Source: Zancudomyces culisetae HAW-14-8 (lineage: Eukaryota > Fungi > Kickxellomycota). Taken from it: 64,000 nt of DNA. The stretch is taken from the NCBI GenBank assembly GCA_052426225.1, contig JBNJNM010000006.1:930001-994000 (forward strand), written 5' to 3'. The notes beneath the pieces were generated by a model. It had not been told where the DNA came from, ran no database searches, and was given only the letters and a program-made list of their open reading frames with translations. Within the stretch, counting starts at the first letter, position 1, and every line of letters begins with the position of its first letter. This document shows, piece by piece, positions 48,111 to 62,400 of the stretch. A program made the position numbers and the translations under genes.

Positions 48111-51065
48111 ATGTCGTGCTAAGTAATTGCAATTTGTTCTTTGTTTGATCTGAAGTTGTTTTTATTTGAAACAAAATTGGACTTATTAAATACTTTTTCA
48201 CCAATTATTGTATACTATGCAATTGTCTATAATAAACATTAATAACTATTAGATTCTCAAAATGTCAAAAGTTGATTAAATGACATTTCGATCTCCTATT
48301 GATATTTGATATATTATTTAATTAATATGAGAATCATCCATTATCGATGATTTATATTAATTAATTTATATATTCTTGGTTATAATGTAATTAATCTAAC
48401 TAGTAAAAGTTAATATATAATAAATTAAATTAATACAACTAAGATTAATTAATATAACAAAAATTAAAATGATAATAATAAATATTTACAATCGTTAGGA
48501 TTCCGTAGGAAAATAACCATATATAAAAAAACTGCTTAATCTCGTATATGACACACTGAGATAAAGTAGAAATATATAATTGTATTTATTTGTATTTTAT
48601 TGGTTAATTTAATTAGTATTATTTTATGCATTAAATGGTCTAGTTTTGAAATAATTAATAATTGTCTATTTCTCCCAAAATAATTATAGATTTAATATAT
48701 AATAATAAAAGTCCCGTCCTGTTTAATATTGGTAATTATATTACTCGGTAGGACCTTTAACATGTATTTATACAACAAAACATGTCGCATCAATGAGCGA
48801 CAGGATGTACATCATCAGGTGCTTTCGTGTGATGTCCAAAGACTTACACGATGTTAATCACCTATGAGGTTTTTCCCGTGTAAATCTCTATTAATTTTTA
48901 TATTAATTTTATATTTATTTTATCAATGTTTATTATATAGTTATAATATAGTTAGTTTATTTAAAATATGAGAGATCAGATATAAGGCTAAGTATCTGAT
49001 CTACTGAATTCAGTATCTTTTTTCTTTAGTTTATAATCAAAAATATACACATTAAGCCATTGAATCTGGGTCCTACCGTCTTCAGGTAGTTATTAGGTAA
49101 TAGTATAAACTTTCAAAATACTTGTTAAGACGGTAAAGTCGGGTAAAACAAACAACAAAAAATTAAATTTCGTCAGTAATGTCGTGTAAATACTAGTTTT
49201 TATTAACTCAACTAAGTGTAATACAGTAAGACGAGGCTGTATACACTAAAAGATAGTATTAAAACTATAAATTATTGGTCCAGGACCTTTCTAAGCATTA
49301 GTTTTGGTATTATTAAACCTTTATATAGTAATTAACTATAAATAAACGCTATAGAAGAAAAGATATGATATCCGACCAGGATTCCATGAATTCCATGTCG
49401 TTGTATTTATAAAGAGTATCAATATAAAGTATAAATATAAAATATAAAAAAAATATTGCTTAATTAGCAATTGCTGTTTGCAATTGTCCGATTGTTCTCG
49501 GGAACAATCACCAACTCGTTGCCTAATTACTACGTATAATAAAATCAGTAATTTTATACGACAATATGTCATATAATCATATGACGTGAAAAATTTTAGA
49601 TAGTTTTTAATTATTGGTTTTATAGGATTAGCAGTATTATTAGATTTGACCTTTTTCCCCTAGTGGATTTTGTCCATCATTTATAACTTAGTCAATTTAT
49701 TATAATATTTTTATTATCGAAATTAGCTGAGATAAAGGCATTGCCGAAAAACTGTTAGATCCAATATAATACACAATAATATTGATATTAACTAATTAAC
49801 ACACTGTTAATTTATAAATGATATTATTAATTATACTAGTTTAAAACACACAGTAATAATATATTATTAGTTAATAATATCTTTATTAGTGTTAAACGAG
49901 ATTGACAAACTTAATTGTTCATGAAAAGGATTTTATCTCCTTATATACAATTAAGTTTGTTTTAAATATTTATATAAAACTTAAACTATTAAGAAAACTA
50001 ATATTAATAAAAAATAAACTTTTATCATTAATATACACAATATTAATGATGATATATTATATATTAATCATGTGTATCAATAAATAATGATTTAAACTAA
50101 TTATTTTATTTAATTAAATAGTATAATTCTAATTAATTAATAATAATGTTACACATATTGTCATTAATATTAATTAAAATATTGTATTAAATATACAATA
50201 TTGTTATGATACATGTGTATTCATAACAAAAACACAAATAAAAACTTTGAACTCAAAAAAGAAGAATATAGTATATACATTTTAAATAATAAAATATTAT
50301 AGTATAGAATTATATAAAATAAAAGATAAACTAAACAACTAAGTTCAAAACTTAACAAATAATGTCATATAAAATTGGCGTGATTACCCCTGGACTACAA
50401 TATTAGGTATTACCAGTTTCTCGTTTATTATTTATTAGTTATTATTTACTTGTGAGCAGATTGGACTTTTCTCCCGAAGAGGGTTTTATCTGACTTTTCT
50501 GAAAATAGGTTCTTTTGTTATCAGTTTTTTATTGAGATAATTTTTAGATATAAGTTAATATAATATAATTTTATAAGAAAATAAATAAATAGTATAATAA
50601 AAAAAATTTGTCTACACCTCCATAATTGTTAGTTACGCAACAAGATAGTTTAAACTATCTCTTGAGAGTAAAAAGCAAGGTGTTTAGACGCTTATTACTC
50701 ATAACGGGTATAGAATATTTTAAATTATAAATAAATTATAATAATAATGTCATATAGCTAATTGACAATCGATTCGTAACTGGTTACGAATCCGAAATGC
50801 ATTAGTTTTTTTTATCCTAGTGATTTTTTCTAATAACATTTCGTTTTTTAATATAATTTTTTAGTAGAATCTTATAAAAGAGTTATTTAGTTAGTTTATT
50901 AATAAAGTTACACAATATATAGTTAATTTAGAAATAAAAAGATATACAACTTAGGTATGAAATAGAACATAGTATAATTTAAAAATAGAATAACATAGTT
51001 TTATATTGAGCATTGTAGTATAAAATATAAGAGATACTTGCATAAAAACGTTAGTATCTGATAAT

Positions 51066-51913
51066 TGTCGCATGAGTGAGCAATTGTACAATTAAGTACA
51101 ATTGTAGTACAATTTGAAGTACACTCATCGCTGAATGGAAAATAATTTTTTGTATATGCATATAATTTAATTTGGAAAATGAGCGACTCAGTATGAAATT
51201 AATTCTACATGCTGAGTCGACTCAATAATGATAGAATTTAGTATGAATAATGTCTTCATACTAAATCACAAATTAAATAATAATTATTAGGTGTTCCCAA
51301 CACCTAATTCAACATTCACTACATAAGTAAAATATGTAGAGGAAGTCAGTATAAAGTCATATAGTTCTTATAGTACATAAGTAATAGTAATTTAAACGTT
51401 TTGAAGATAGTAGCAGTTTAATAGAAATTTATATTTAAGGAGCAAGAAGTGGGAAATGGAAAAACTTCATCCATGTTCTACTCTACGGATTAAATAGTAT
51501 ATTTATTTAAACACAATAAAACAAACTTCAGAATATTATTTATAATAAACAATAACCAAACATCATGAAATATTTCTTTTATACCAAGATTAAATCCAAG
51601 AGGGATTCTGAAACTAGCTCCAGTTTGAGTACGGCTAGTAGCATCGACTAAGAGACTGGGGTTTTAAGTCTTCGAACTCTTGGGGAGTTGACAGAAAGTG
51701 TCCGTCAACTCCAAATCCGTAGGAGCCCAGAACCAATGTCCGTGAGCAGTATCTCACCGACATTGTATAGGGGAAACAGCTCACCCGAGCACCCTATTAT
51801 GCACATCACACTACGGGGTAGTGGTGCATCTTCATCAAGTGGTCATACCCGAACTGGTATGACACATGATGAACTTAATGAACATGGTTACACGAATTAT
51901 GATTATTACGACA
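51066..51913 (+). repeat. Solo LTR of the element 7 family with a damaged copy of the LTR ORF (ATG at 51565)
   Basis: Reverse complement of 59097-59941; premature TAA near 51649. Confidence 0.93.
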
Positions 51914-52998
51914 CAATAAATTGTCGTGTGAAGAATTGTATATTGTATAAAAATATTGAGTGTATTACAGTACGACGAAGCTGTAATCACTGTTACTTAA
52001 TGTTTAAAATTGGTCCAGGACCTTCCTAAAATAACTAGTTAATTGTAGTTATGAATCTTTTATTTAGTTATCGATGGTATAATAAACGCTAGATGAAAGA
52101 GTATAAAATCTCGAACAAGGTATCCTTAGACCTTGTCGTCGCTATTAAAGTAGTTTGTAATATAAAGTATTATAAAATCCTAACAGTAATAAAGTAAACC
52201 TTTGTCTGATTGTTGCTGCACAAAGGAAAACCACAATGGTGAAAACAGATGTGCAAGCATCTGCAACAATCAGACAATCAGTATGAATATTAGAGATTTA
52301 CAGTAGTTTAACCTACTATACATTATCGTCTATATATTCATACGACAAAATTGTCATATAATAATATGATAGGAACAAATTTAATTATTAGTTATTAGTT
52401 TAGGATTATATAATTAGCAATATTTTTAGATTGGACCTTTTTCCCCTCGTGGTTTTTGTCCGATGTTATTTTATAGGTATAATTTATTTCAGACTAGTAT
52501 GAACAATTTTAGGGGATAATAGGACCTCCCACTACAAGAAAAATAAAGACAACTCTTTTCTCAAACTATCAGAATAATATTTAGTATACAGTTTATATTG
52601 TTAAAACAAATATAGTATAGTGATAATAAATAAGTAGAAAAAAATATATTACAATAATCTTATTTTAACATGTCGAGATACTAGATCCGGGTATCACGGC
52701 ACAGCAACGTGTATTGGATCAGATTACACGATGCTGAACAATTCCATTGTTCATCCAAGAAACGTTGAGATATGTATGAATGATTGTTAACAACACATTC
52801 ATACACTAACGTTATAACGCAAACATTAAAATAGTAATATTATTTTTATGGATGATAGTTTAGTGATTATTTATAAAGCGTTAGTTTATATAAATAAAAG
52901 ACATAGGATGAATTTGAAAACGTCATTCATGATTAATATACGGACGAATCAAATAAAAATCTAGTTAATAATAATAACAAATACAAAGAAACTACAAA

Positions 52999-53316
52999 AT
53001 GTACTACTCAAATGGGTATGAAAATGAGGAGATGACAATAAGTACCACTATATCATCTTCCGGAAGAAGTACTGGCAGCAGCATGGATCAGGATGCTGGA
53101 GTATTAAGCCCCCAGACCTTGAAAGATCTGACCACTAGCGTGCGTCAGATACAGATCCGTAGCAGCCTAGGGAGTCCGTCGGGGATCAGACTTTCCCCTA
53201 CACCTCCAAAGGGGTGTGTGTCACCCCATTCTGCGCAAATGGGGATAAGGTTACAGAGCAATTGTGTAACCCGGAGTACCCATATTGCACTAACTTTTGT
53301 AGTGAATTTTTATTAA
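52999..53316 (+). CDS. LTR-embedded Ser/Pro-rich ORF (family J solo LTR 52671-53289)
   Basis: Starts inside the LTR and stays open through its 3' end; homologous in protein to 59089-59445. Confidence 0.6.
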   Translation: MYYSNGYENEEMTISTTISSSGRSTGSSMDQDAGVLSPQTLKDLTTSVRQIQIRSSLGSPSGIRLSPTPPKGCVSPHSAQMGIRLQSNCVTRSTHIALTFVVNFY

Positions 53317-54416
53317 ACTACTTGATGATTTTTTATTTAGATACTCTGACATGATTTTTATACTCATAGGTAGAATAATGTACTAGGATTAACTTTCCAC
53401 GTTGGTTGTTTACAACGTGGTGTAGCATTTAGCTCTATAAAAGACAATTATAACCATGTCCTTATGATATTGTTGCAATTCTTAACTAAATAATCTGTAG
53501 GTGTATGCTCTGATTGTTTAAATAATATAAATAGACTAATAATAAACTGAAAAACGTTGTATGAGGAAAAACCCATTGGGAAAAAGTGCTCATACAATAA
53601 GGTGCTACTAATTATACGACACTTTTGTCGTATAATTTTAAATTATTTTTTAAGTCGAAACTCGATAATGAATTTATTTAGTATTTTGTTGCCTTAATAT
53701 AATTTTTATAGATAACCAATTCCTAAACACTAAATTTATACTTAACTAACTAATAATTAAATTATACTCTATTAAATTATGATGTTTCCCCGTGTAGTTG
53801 ATTATTTTCTTTTATCAGGTTATCAAATTATCATGTCGTGGTTGTAACATTCTCCGTTTTTCCAGATGTAACTTTCTCAGATTTCCAGATGTAACTTTCT
53901 CAGATTTCTTCAATGTTACGTAAATTTAATATTACCAATTTTGGAAATTACAGTCATTTTAACTCTATATAATTTCCGGTAATTTAAATTCACGACAACT
54001 TTTGTCGTATAAAAGTATATATTTTATATTTATTCAAATTGTTTAAGATAATTTGAGAACTGACAAAATTAATTATTGGAAATATTGGACTCTTTTTTCC
54101 CTGTGCATTGGGTTTTTTTAATAAGCCAAGAAATAATAGATGACAAGAAAAATTGAGATAACAAAATAGCAGAAAAAATAGTTTATATAAGATTTAGCTT
54201 GAGTTTAATAAACATATCTTTTTTGGAATACATATATTATTATTATTATTAATATTACTATTATTACTAAATAAACAGTTAATTATAAAGAAATAACATT
54301 AATAGTGTGTTTTTAGTTCGAATATAACAAGTAGGAATTTAAACTAAACTATTAATTATAAAAAATCAACTTAAATATTAACTTATACTTCGAAAAGATA
54401 AAGAAGTAATCACATT

Positions 54417-55423
54417 TGTCGTATAGTAAACTATACTGAAGAGTTGTACCAATTTTATTGGTTAGTTTAATAGATGTATTATATAGTAATAGTATAAATA
54501 TGTTTATTGTGAATTAATTAATAAATTGTCCTTTTCCACAGATAAATAATAGTATAATAAATTTATATATTATTGAAATTGACCCGTCCCGTGTAGTACT
54601 TGGTAGCGAAAGTTACCAAGTAGGACGTTAAGCATTTTCACTACACGACAGTAGTGATCCAGCCAGGACTTCACTCTGTTGAGAGGAGTCTTATTGAGCC
54701 GAATTGGAATTGAGATTGGCCAAGATGAGATTCGAAATCTCGAAATTCAGATTGCGGAATTCGTGCGATTCGAGTAGTTTAGAAGTGGACAATAGGATAC
54801 TAGAGCTTGTATAAATGGACTAAACAGATGGTTGGAGCTCACAGGCTTCAGGTGATGCAAGATGATTTATGTGAGGGACGAGATGCAGACAGGGTAATCT
54901 GCAGTGTGAAGCATATTGGAACTTGCTAGGGACCGTTGAAAGTGAGTGTGAGTGGTCCATAGGTCATTTAGAGTCAGAATACACCACAGTAGGAAGTCCA
55001 GGAAGCGATTTCGAAATCAACAATTTCGACATTTATGAATTCAAAATTCGGAATTTCAGTGAGCAGTCACGTGAAAAACTTTGAAGCTTGATATCAACTT
55101 ATTCTTAGTTTTATAAATATTTTATTTACTTAAAATATACTTTTTAGAGACTTAGTTTTTGTGAGCTTGGTCGAGGGCGACTCAAGCTTAAAGGGGGGAT
55201 ACTGTTATATATTGGAATTATATACATGTAAATCCTTGTATTTTATTGGTTAATTTAATAAGTATTATTTTAAGCATTAAATAGTCTAGTTTTGAATTAA
55301 TTAATAATTGTCTTTTTCATCCTAATTAATTATAGTCCTAATATATAATAATATAGTCCCGTCCTGTATAATACTGGGTAATTATATTACTCAGTAGGAC
55401 GTTAAACATGTAATTATACAACA
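54417..55423 (+). mobile_element. TRIM-like non-autonomous LTR element
   Basis: LTR 54417-54650, PBS-like TAGTGATCCAGCCAGGAC, about 550 bp non-coding, polypurine tract AAAGGGGGGA, related LTR 55203-55423. Confidence 0.8.
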
Positions 55424-58400
55424 ATTTATGTCAAATCGAAATTGATGGATTACCCCTTGTCAGGTATTGGATAGGTAATTGGTTATTTATTAGTCATAAT
55501 ATTATTATTTTATTATTATTATTATTAGTATTAAATTATTGGGAAGATTGGACTTTTCTCCCTGAGGAGGGTTTTTTCCTACTTCCTTGATAACAAGTCC
55601 GCGTTATAATTTTGTTTTTGAAAGAGAATTTTTTTGGTTAATAAGTTATATAGATACAAGTTCCATATATAGTTTTTAGAATATAAATAAAAGAATAACA
55701 AGAATTAACTTAGAACAAGTGTCTACACTAATTAAGTTATTTGTAGTAACGGTGGACCTAAACACCCTCCGTAAAAAAAAAAACTAGTGTATTGACACTG
55801 TGCACCCATAACGGGTACAATAATATTCATAATTAATATTGCATTTGTTGCATAATTAATTATATATTATAAAAAATACGAATTGACAAAGTCAATTCTG
55901 ATAAATTACTATATAAAAATTAGTGGAAAAATTGGACTCTTTTTTCCCCAACAATTTGGGTTTTTTTAATGAGCCAAGAAATTACAAAACAAAAATTGAT
56001 AACACAAAAAAATTGAGATAACAATATAGATGGAAAAAAAAATAGTTTATATATAAATTTTATTTATAGTTGGGAAGAACAACTTTGAGGAATAACAACT
56101 TTTTAGCAATAAAAAATAAAGAATAATAACCAAAATAATAAACAAGTCTTAATAGTTAGTTAGAGTTTCGAACAAAACAAGTAGATAATTAACTTTTATA
56201 TTAAATTTTAAACCAACTAAATACGAATAACTACGACTACTAGCAGAAAAGGGTCGAAAGTTAACACATTTTGTTATATAGCGACGCACATCACCTCTAG
56301 TCACTATTAATCTACCTTCTAATAATATTGGTTTTATTTTATTAATTTTATATTACTTTTTGTAGATCATAATAATTGATCTGAATAGTATATTATTTGT
56401 TTATTCATAAATTCTAGGTTCATGCATAGTTTTTTTCATCTTCGGATTTTTTCTAAGCATGAACAAATATATAAATAATAGTTATAGGTTTATTAGTAGT
56501 TTAGGTATATAGTTAAGTTTATTATAGTATATTTTATTATTATAAATACTACATATTTTTCTTGTAGTAGCGTTATCAAATAAATCACATAAACATAGTT
56601 TGGTCTATTTACTAAAGTCTTAAACATATATAGCGAAAACTTGATTAAAAATAGTACTTAGTATATATTAGTTAACATAGTAAAAATATTCTTTATAGCG
56701 GTTAAGAACCTAAATCGCTAACAATTTATTGTCATATAGTGGCTAGACGAGGTTATGACTAGTTAATTAGTCATAACGTTATTTAATAAAGCCGCTACCT
56801 TGTGGGGATTAGTTGTTTATATCGATAAAGCAATGTAGTCGATACCTTTTTCTAATGACTCACAGTTATTAATTATTATTCATTAATATTTTTAGTCCAG
56901 ATTTATTATTAGCAAACTTTATTATATAAGTGATTTCTACTTGAATCAGGATATTCAGAATAATCAAAAAAAAAAGTATAAAAAGCGTAGAATTTTATAC
57001 AAAATAAAAAGATCTGACACATAAAAAAATAGTTATACCGTCTATAATAACTTTAACAATACTTAGATAACAATAAGTATATAGTCTATTATAATATAAA
57101 TACTAAATAAAATCAGCTATGCTTCATTTGTCGTATAAATATAGTATAAGTAAAACTGTATTTGAGAACTGATGTTGTTTTATTTTAGAAATACTAAACC
57201 TTATATATAAATTCTATAAAAATTATAATCCTAATAAAATACTTTAATCATTTAAATTTTATGATAACATGTGAAATAATAATATTATGAAACAAGTAAA
57301 TGAAACATTAGATAAAATTGTAAATCCAGTCATTAAAATTTATAAACGTGTTGGGGATGATTTTCTCAACTGTCGATCCATCTGAAATGCTTTGTCATGC
57401 GGATTTACGGGAATGTAACGTGAATTTAATCTAACCATCTTAGCAATTTATTAAAAACCCAGTGGGAAAAAATTATAAATTGCGGTGATAAAAATTCTCG
57501 ACACATTTGTTGTAAATATTTTTATTTTTATATTTATTTTATATTTTTATTTATAAGTTATTATGTTAAAGATAGATTTAAAGATTAATAAAGTTGTTAA
57601 TAAAATTAATGTTGTTGTTATCATGATGTCTTTCACTTTTGTCAAAAATCTAGGGTTTATATAGTTTTATTTCTCCTTGATTCACATTCTCGTTTGTATC
57701 AGGTTTTGGAGTTTTTCTGACAAGTTTCACTAAATATTGTGTTTATTATCTTTTTCCCCTTGTTTTATCTTGTTTTAACTACTCCTGATTAACATCTCAT
57801 ATCTTTTCCCCGTTTTTCACTAACGAGGTACATTGTAATTTATCATTAAGATAAATTACATTGATTTATTCTGAAACATAAAAGTGCGATGATAATAATA
57901 GACGGTAATAATACTAATAAAAATAATCAAATGTATGGGGAAAAACCCAGTGGGAAAAAATGTCCATACCTATACTATAAAAACTAATACGTGTCGTATA
58001 AAATTTACTATTGTTGCTATGTATACGATTTATTGTGAAATTTGAAGGTAAAGTTCGAAACAGAGGAAACTAGCTTTGCTTATATCTAATTTCCGTTGTA
58101 CTAATAAATAAGTTTATACTAATAAATACTACTAAAAGATAGGATAATAAGTAATTGTTAATTTTGCTCACAATAGGATGTTCGGTTGATCCTATTGTGA
58201 GAAGATTAACCGCCGATCCCGCGATTCTCTCTAAGAAAATCTTATTGTGCAAATTTTCCCGACATACGACACATTTGTTATATAGTAGAAATATATACCT
58301 GTATTTCCTTGTATTTTATTGGTTAATTTAAATAGTATTATTTTATGCATTAAATAGTCTAGTTTTGAATTAATTAATAAATGGTCTTTTTCTCCCACAA

Positions 58401-59088
58401 TAATTATAGACCTAATATATAATAATAAAAATCCCGTCCTGTATAATACTGGGGAAATATATTACTCAGTAGGAATTTAAAAATGTAATTATACAACACA
58501 TTATGTTGTATGCCTACAATAGGCGAAACATTTCCATTGGTTAATTGTGTTTTGTAATTTTTAGTTAGATTTTTTGTAGATTTTATTGTATAAAATTGAA
58601 ATTTTTGTTTAACTAAATAAATGTCCTCTTTTGCTTAATCAAAATAACTATATAATAATTCGCAGCATATAGTAAAAGGTAAGTAAAATGACCCGTCCCG
58701 TGTGTTATTTGGTGTAAAAAACACTAAATGGGACGTTAAACATAGCAACACACAACAATTTGTCGTATGAGAAATACGATGGAACGATTTATCTACCTAT
58801 TTTATATTTTATATAATTAGCAGTATTTTTAGATTGGACTTTTTCTCCCCTCGTGGTTTTTGTTCAACATTCATAATTAGGATAGTTTAAAATTAGATTA
58901 TAGTGATCACAAAATTATAGGACATATTTGGGGGTTAATACAATCGCCCACAACTTAATTGAATAAAATAACTCTTAACCACATTTAAAATTAGTTAAAT
59001 ATAGTATAAACATATAAAAAATAATACATAATATTATACTACACGAATAGAGAAATATAATAAGAAATAATATTAGAACTAGTAAGTT

Positions 59089-59445
59089 CTACATCATGTC
59101 GTAATAATCATAATTCGGGAGATCATGATTATTATGTTCATCACGTGTCATACCAGTTCGGGTATGACCACTTGATGAGGATGCACCACTACCCCGTAGT
59201 GTGATGTGCATATAGGGGTGCTCGGGTGAGCTATTTCCCCTGTACAATGTCGGTGAGATGCTGCTCACGGACATTGGTTCTGGGCTCCTACGGATTTGGA
59301 GTTGACGGACACTTTCTGTCAACTCCCCAAGAGTCCGAGGGCTTAGAACCCCGGTCTCTTGGTCCATGCTACTAGCCGTACTCAGACTGGAGCTAGTTTC
59401 TGAATCCCTCTTGGATTCGCTTTTACTATAAAAGAAATAGTTCAT
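59089..59445 (-). CDS. LTR-embedded 118-aa Ser-rich ORF in the 3' LTR of element 7
   Basis: Sense to the element, GC-richer than its flanks, open to the LTR end; the stop lies in flanking DNA. Confidence 0.65.
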   Translation of the reverse strand: MNYFFYSKSESKRDSETSSSLSTASSMDQETGVLSPRTLGELTESVRQLQIRRSPEPMSVSSISPTLYRGNSSPEHPYMHITLRGSGASSSSGHTRTGMTRDEHNNHDLPNYDYYDMM

Positions 59446-62400
59446 TTTTGGTTATTGGTTATTATCAATAATATTCTGAAGTTTGTTTTATTGTGTTTAA
59501 ATAAATATACTATTTAATCCGTAGAGTAGAACATGGATGAGGTTTTTCCATTTCCCTCTTCTTGTTCCTTAAATATAAATTTCTATTAAACTGCTACTAT
59601 CTTCAAAACGTTTAAATTACTATTACTTATGTACTATAAGAACTATATGACTTTATACTGACTTCCTCTACATATTTTACTTATGTAGTGAATGTTGAAT
59701 TAGGTGTTGGGAACACCTAATAATTATTATTTAATTTAGGATTTAGTATGAAGACATTTTTCATACTAAATTCTATCATTATTGAGTCGACTCAGCATGT
59801 AGAATTAATTTCATACTGTGTCGCTCATTTTCCAAATTGAATTTCATGCAGATACAAAAATTTAATTTTCATTCTGCGATGAGTGTACTTCAATTTGTAC
59901 TACAATTGTACTTAAGTGTACAATTGCTCACTCATGCGACATTTCCCCACTTAATTCTTGATCGTCCTCGATCATCTTATCTTCTGTAGGCTGTTTCATG
60001 GATATTGCGCCAGTTGTTCGAGCACTGCCTGTGTATAGGTCTGGTATGATTTCGTATTCGGGGTAATATTTTCTCAATCTGTCCACATGTACTTTATCAA
60101 CGTTACCCGCTCTGTCTATTATTTCATATATCCCGTTACCTAGGTTTTTAATTACTTCGAATGGTCCGACGTTCCTGTGCATTGTAAAAGGGTTACGGGT
60201 TGCCGTGGCTTTAAGTACTTGTTCCCCTATTTCGAATACCCTTGGTCGTACCCCTTTGTTGTACCTATTCTCTTCATATGCTTTTTGTTTTTTGGCTAAC
60301 TCAATCGACAACTGTCTGTATGTTGGTATTTCCTTCTCCAGAAACTCTAGTCTAGTACGAAGCGCAACTTCCTTTTCAAGGTCCTTTGGTATTTCACTAC
60401 TCCATATTTCCGGAGTAAGCAGTTTTAAACCATATACTACCTCCGCTGGCGATCTTCCAAGACTTTTGTGAATTGTTGTCCTCATTGTTAGCAGTGTGCG
60501 CCATATGTATGCGTCCCAGTTCTCCGGTCTGCTAATTGTTTGTTTGATTAGTAATTGTTTTAAAGTTTGAATAGACCGTTCAACTTGTCCGTTTGATGAT
60601 GGCCTATACGCCGTCACCGGTTTTTGTTCGATCCCCAAAAACTCATTGAATCTTGCACAAGCCTCATTGCTTAAGTGTGTTCCTCGATCTGTGATTAATA
60701 TTTTCGGTACTCCAAAGTTCGCTATGATCATCTCCGTTATGAAGGTACATATTACTTCGGCGTTTATTGCTTTTACTGCTAGTGCTACGGGCCACTTTGT
60801 GAAATAATCCACTGCTACAATTATGTATTTATTTCCTTCGGGTTTTGTTATGGGATTCATAGGACCTGCTACATCCAGCCCCCATACCTTAAACGGTTCA
60901 CTTGGAATAATTGGGTGTAATCTTTCAGCTTTTCGTTGGCTATAGTTAGTTCGTTGGCACACTTCGCAGCGTTCACAGATTAGTTTCACCATTGGGTAAC
61001 TATTAGGAGCGTAATAGTGTTCGCTCAGGTATCGGTACGTTGCAACTGCGTTTCGGTGTTGTTCGTAGTGGATTCTATATATTGTTTCGTGCAACTCATT
61101 TGGGTGTAAGTATTTCCTCTTTACTTTGTCGTTATGTATAATGGTATCTCCTTGTAAGGCTAACTTTGATATCAGTTTGTCGCCTTTTGTTGTGTCATTT
61201 ATAGCTATATTATATTTTATCTTGTTTTTCAACTCCTCATATACTTTAACAGAAATGTATAACACTTCTTCAATCTGCTCTGGTATATCCTCCCAGGGAA
61301 ATCTGCTTAAGTAGTCTGCCGGGTTTGTTTTCCCTTCCCGGTGTATAACATCAAAGTCGTAATGCCTCAGTTTTAACACCCATCTACCGATTCGGCCTTT
61401 TACTGGTTCCTTTTTGAACAGCTCTACCAGCGCGCTATGGTCAGTAATAACGGTAAATTTTCTTCCATATAAATAGTAGTGGAAGTGTGTTAGCGCCCAG
61501 ACGACTGCTAACCCTTCTAGGTGTGTAATACTGTAATTTGATTCTGCTGGCGAAAGTGTCCTGCTAGCATAACATATTACACCTTCCTTGCCTTCTGCTC
61601 CTTGTGCCAATATGGCACCTAGGCCCGCGGTTGATGCATCCGTTATTACTGTGAAGTCCTTGTTCCAGTCCGGGTGGTTGAGTATTGGTCGATTTATTAG
61701 CTGATTCTGGAGGTATTCATATGCCTGTTGTTGTTCGGCGCCCCATTTATAGTTTACGTTATTCTTTGTTAACGTTGTTAGCGGCTTAGCAATAGCTGAA
61801 AAATTTTTTATGAATTTTCTGTAGTACCCGACTAGTCCTAAGTAACTTCGAATCCCATCTACATCCTTAGGTGGTACTAAGGTTTTCACTTTTTGAATGT
61901 TCTCAGTGTCCGGTTTTATTCCTTGTGCACTAATCGTGTGTCCTAAATATTTTACTTCCGTGTACCCTATCCTACACTTTTCTGCATGTAATTTAATGTT
62001 ATTAGCTTTTAGCAATTCTATTATTCTACATACATCTTGTATATGTTCATTAAACGATTTAGAATAAATTATAATATCGTCAATGTACACCATGACGCAT
62101 CTGTGTAATTCGCTTTTCAGTACGTCCTCCATCACTCTTTGAAATATGGATGGAGCATTCGTCAGACCGAATGGGAGTACGGTAAATTGGAATAACCCTA
62201 GGCCAGGGCCAGGTGTGAAGGCAGTCATTTCTTGGGTAACACGATCGAGTGGTATTTGCCAATACCCACTAAGCGCATCAAGTGTAGAAAAGTACTTTGC
62301 ACCTTGTAGATTACTGAGTATTTCGTCAATATTCGGAATTGGGTAAGCATCTTTTCTTGAAATATCATTCAACTTTCGGTAGTCGACACATATTCTCTTT

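Noticed and set aside
49336-50087. Short ORFs in solo LTRs (also 28927-29109, 29426-29638, 34819-35007, 58070-58252)
   Set aside because: Low-complexity I/L/Y/N-rich translations typical of AT-rich non-coding DNA; no conservation seen between copies.
48112-59941. CRISPR array (recurring TACGACA..TGTCGTA junctions)
   Set aside because: The recurring words are LTR termini, the units are 160-850 bp LTRs, there are no cas genes and the context is eukaryotic. The CRISPR comparison is only an analogy.
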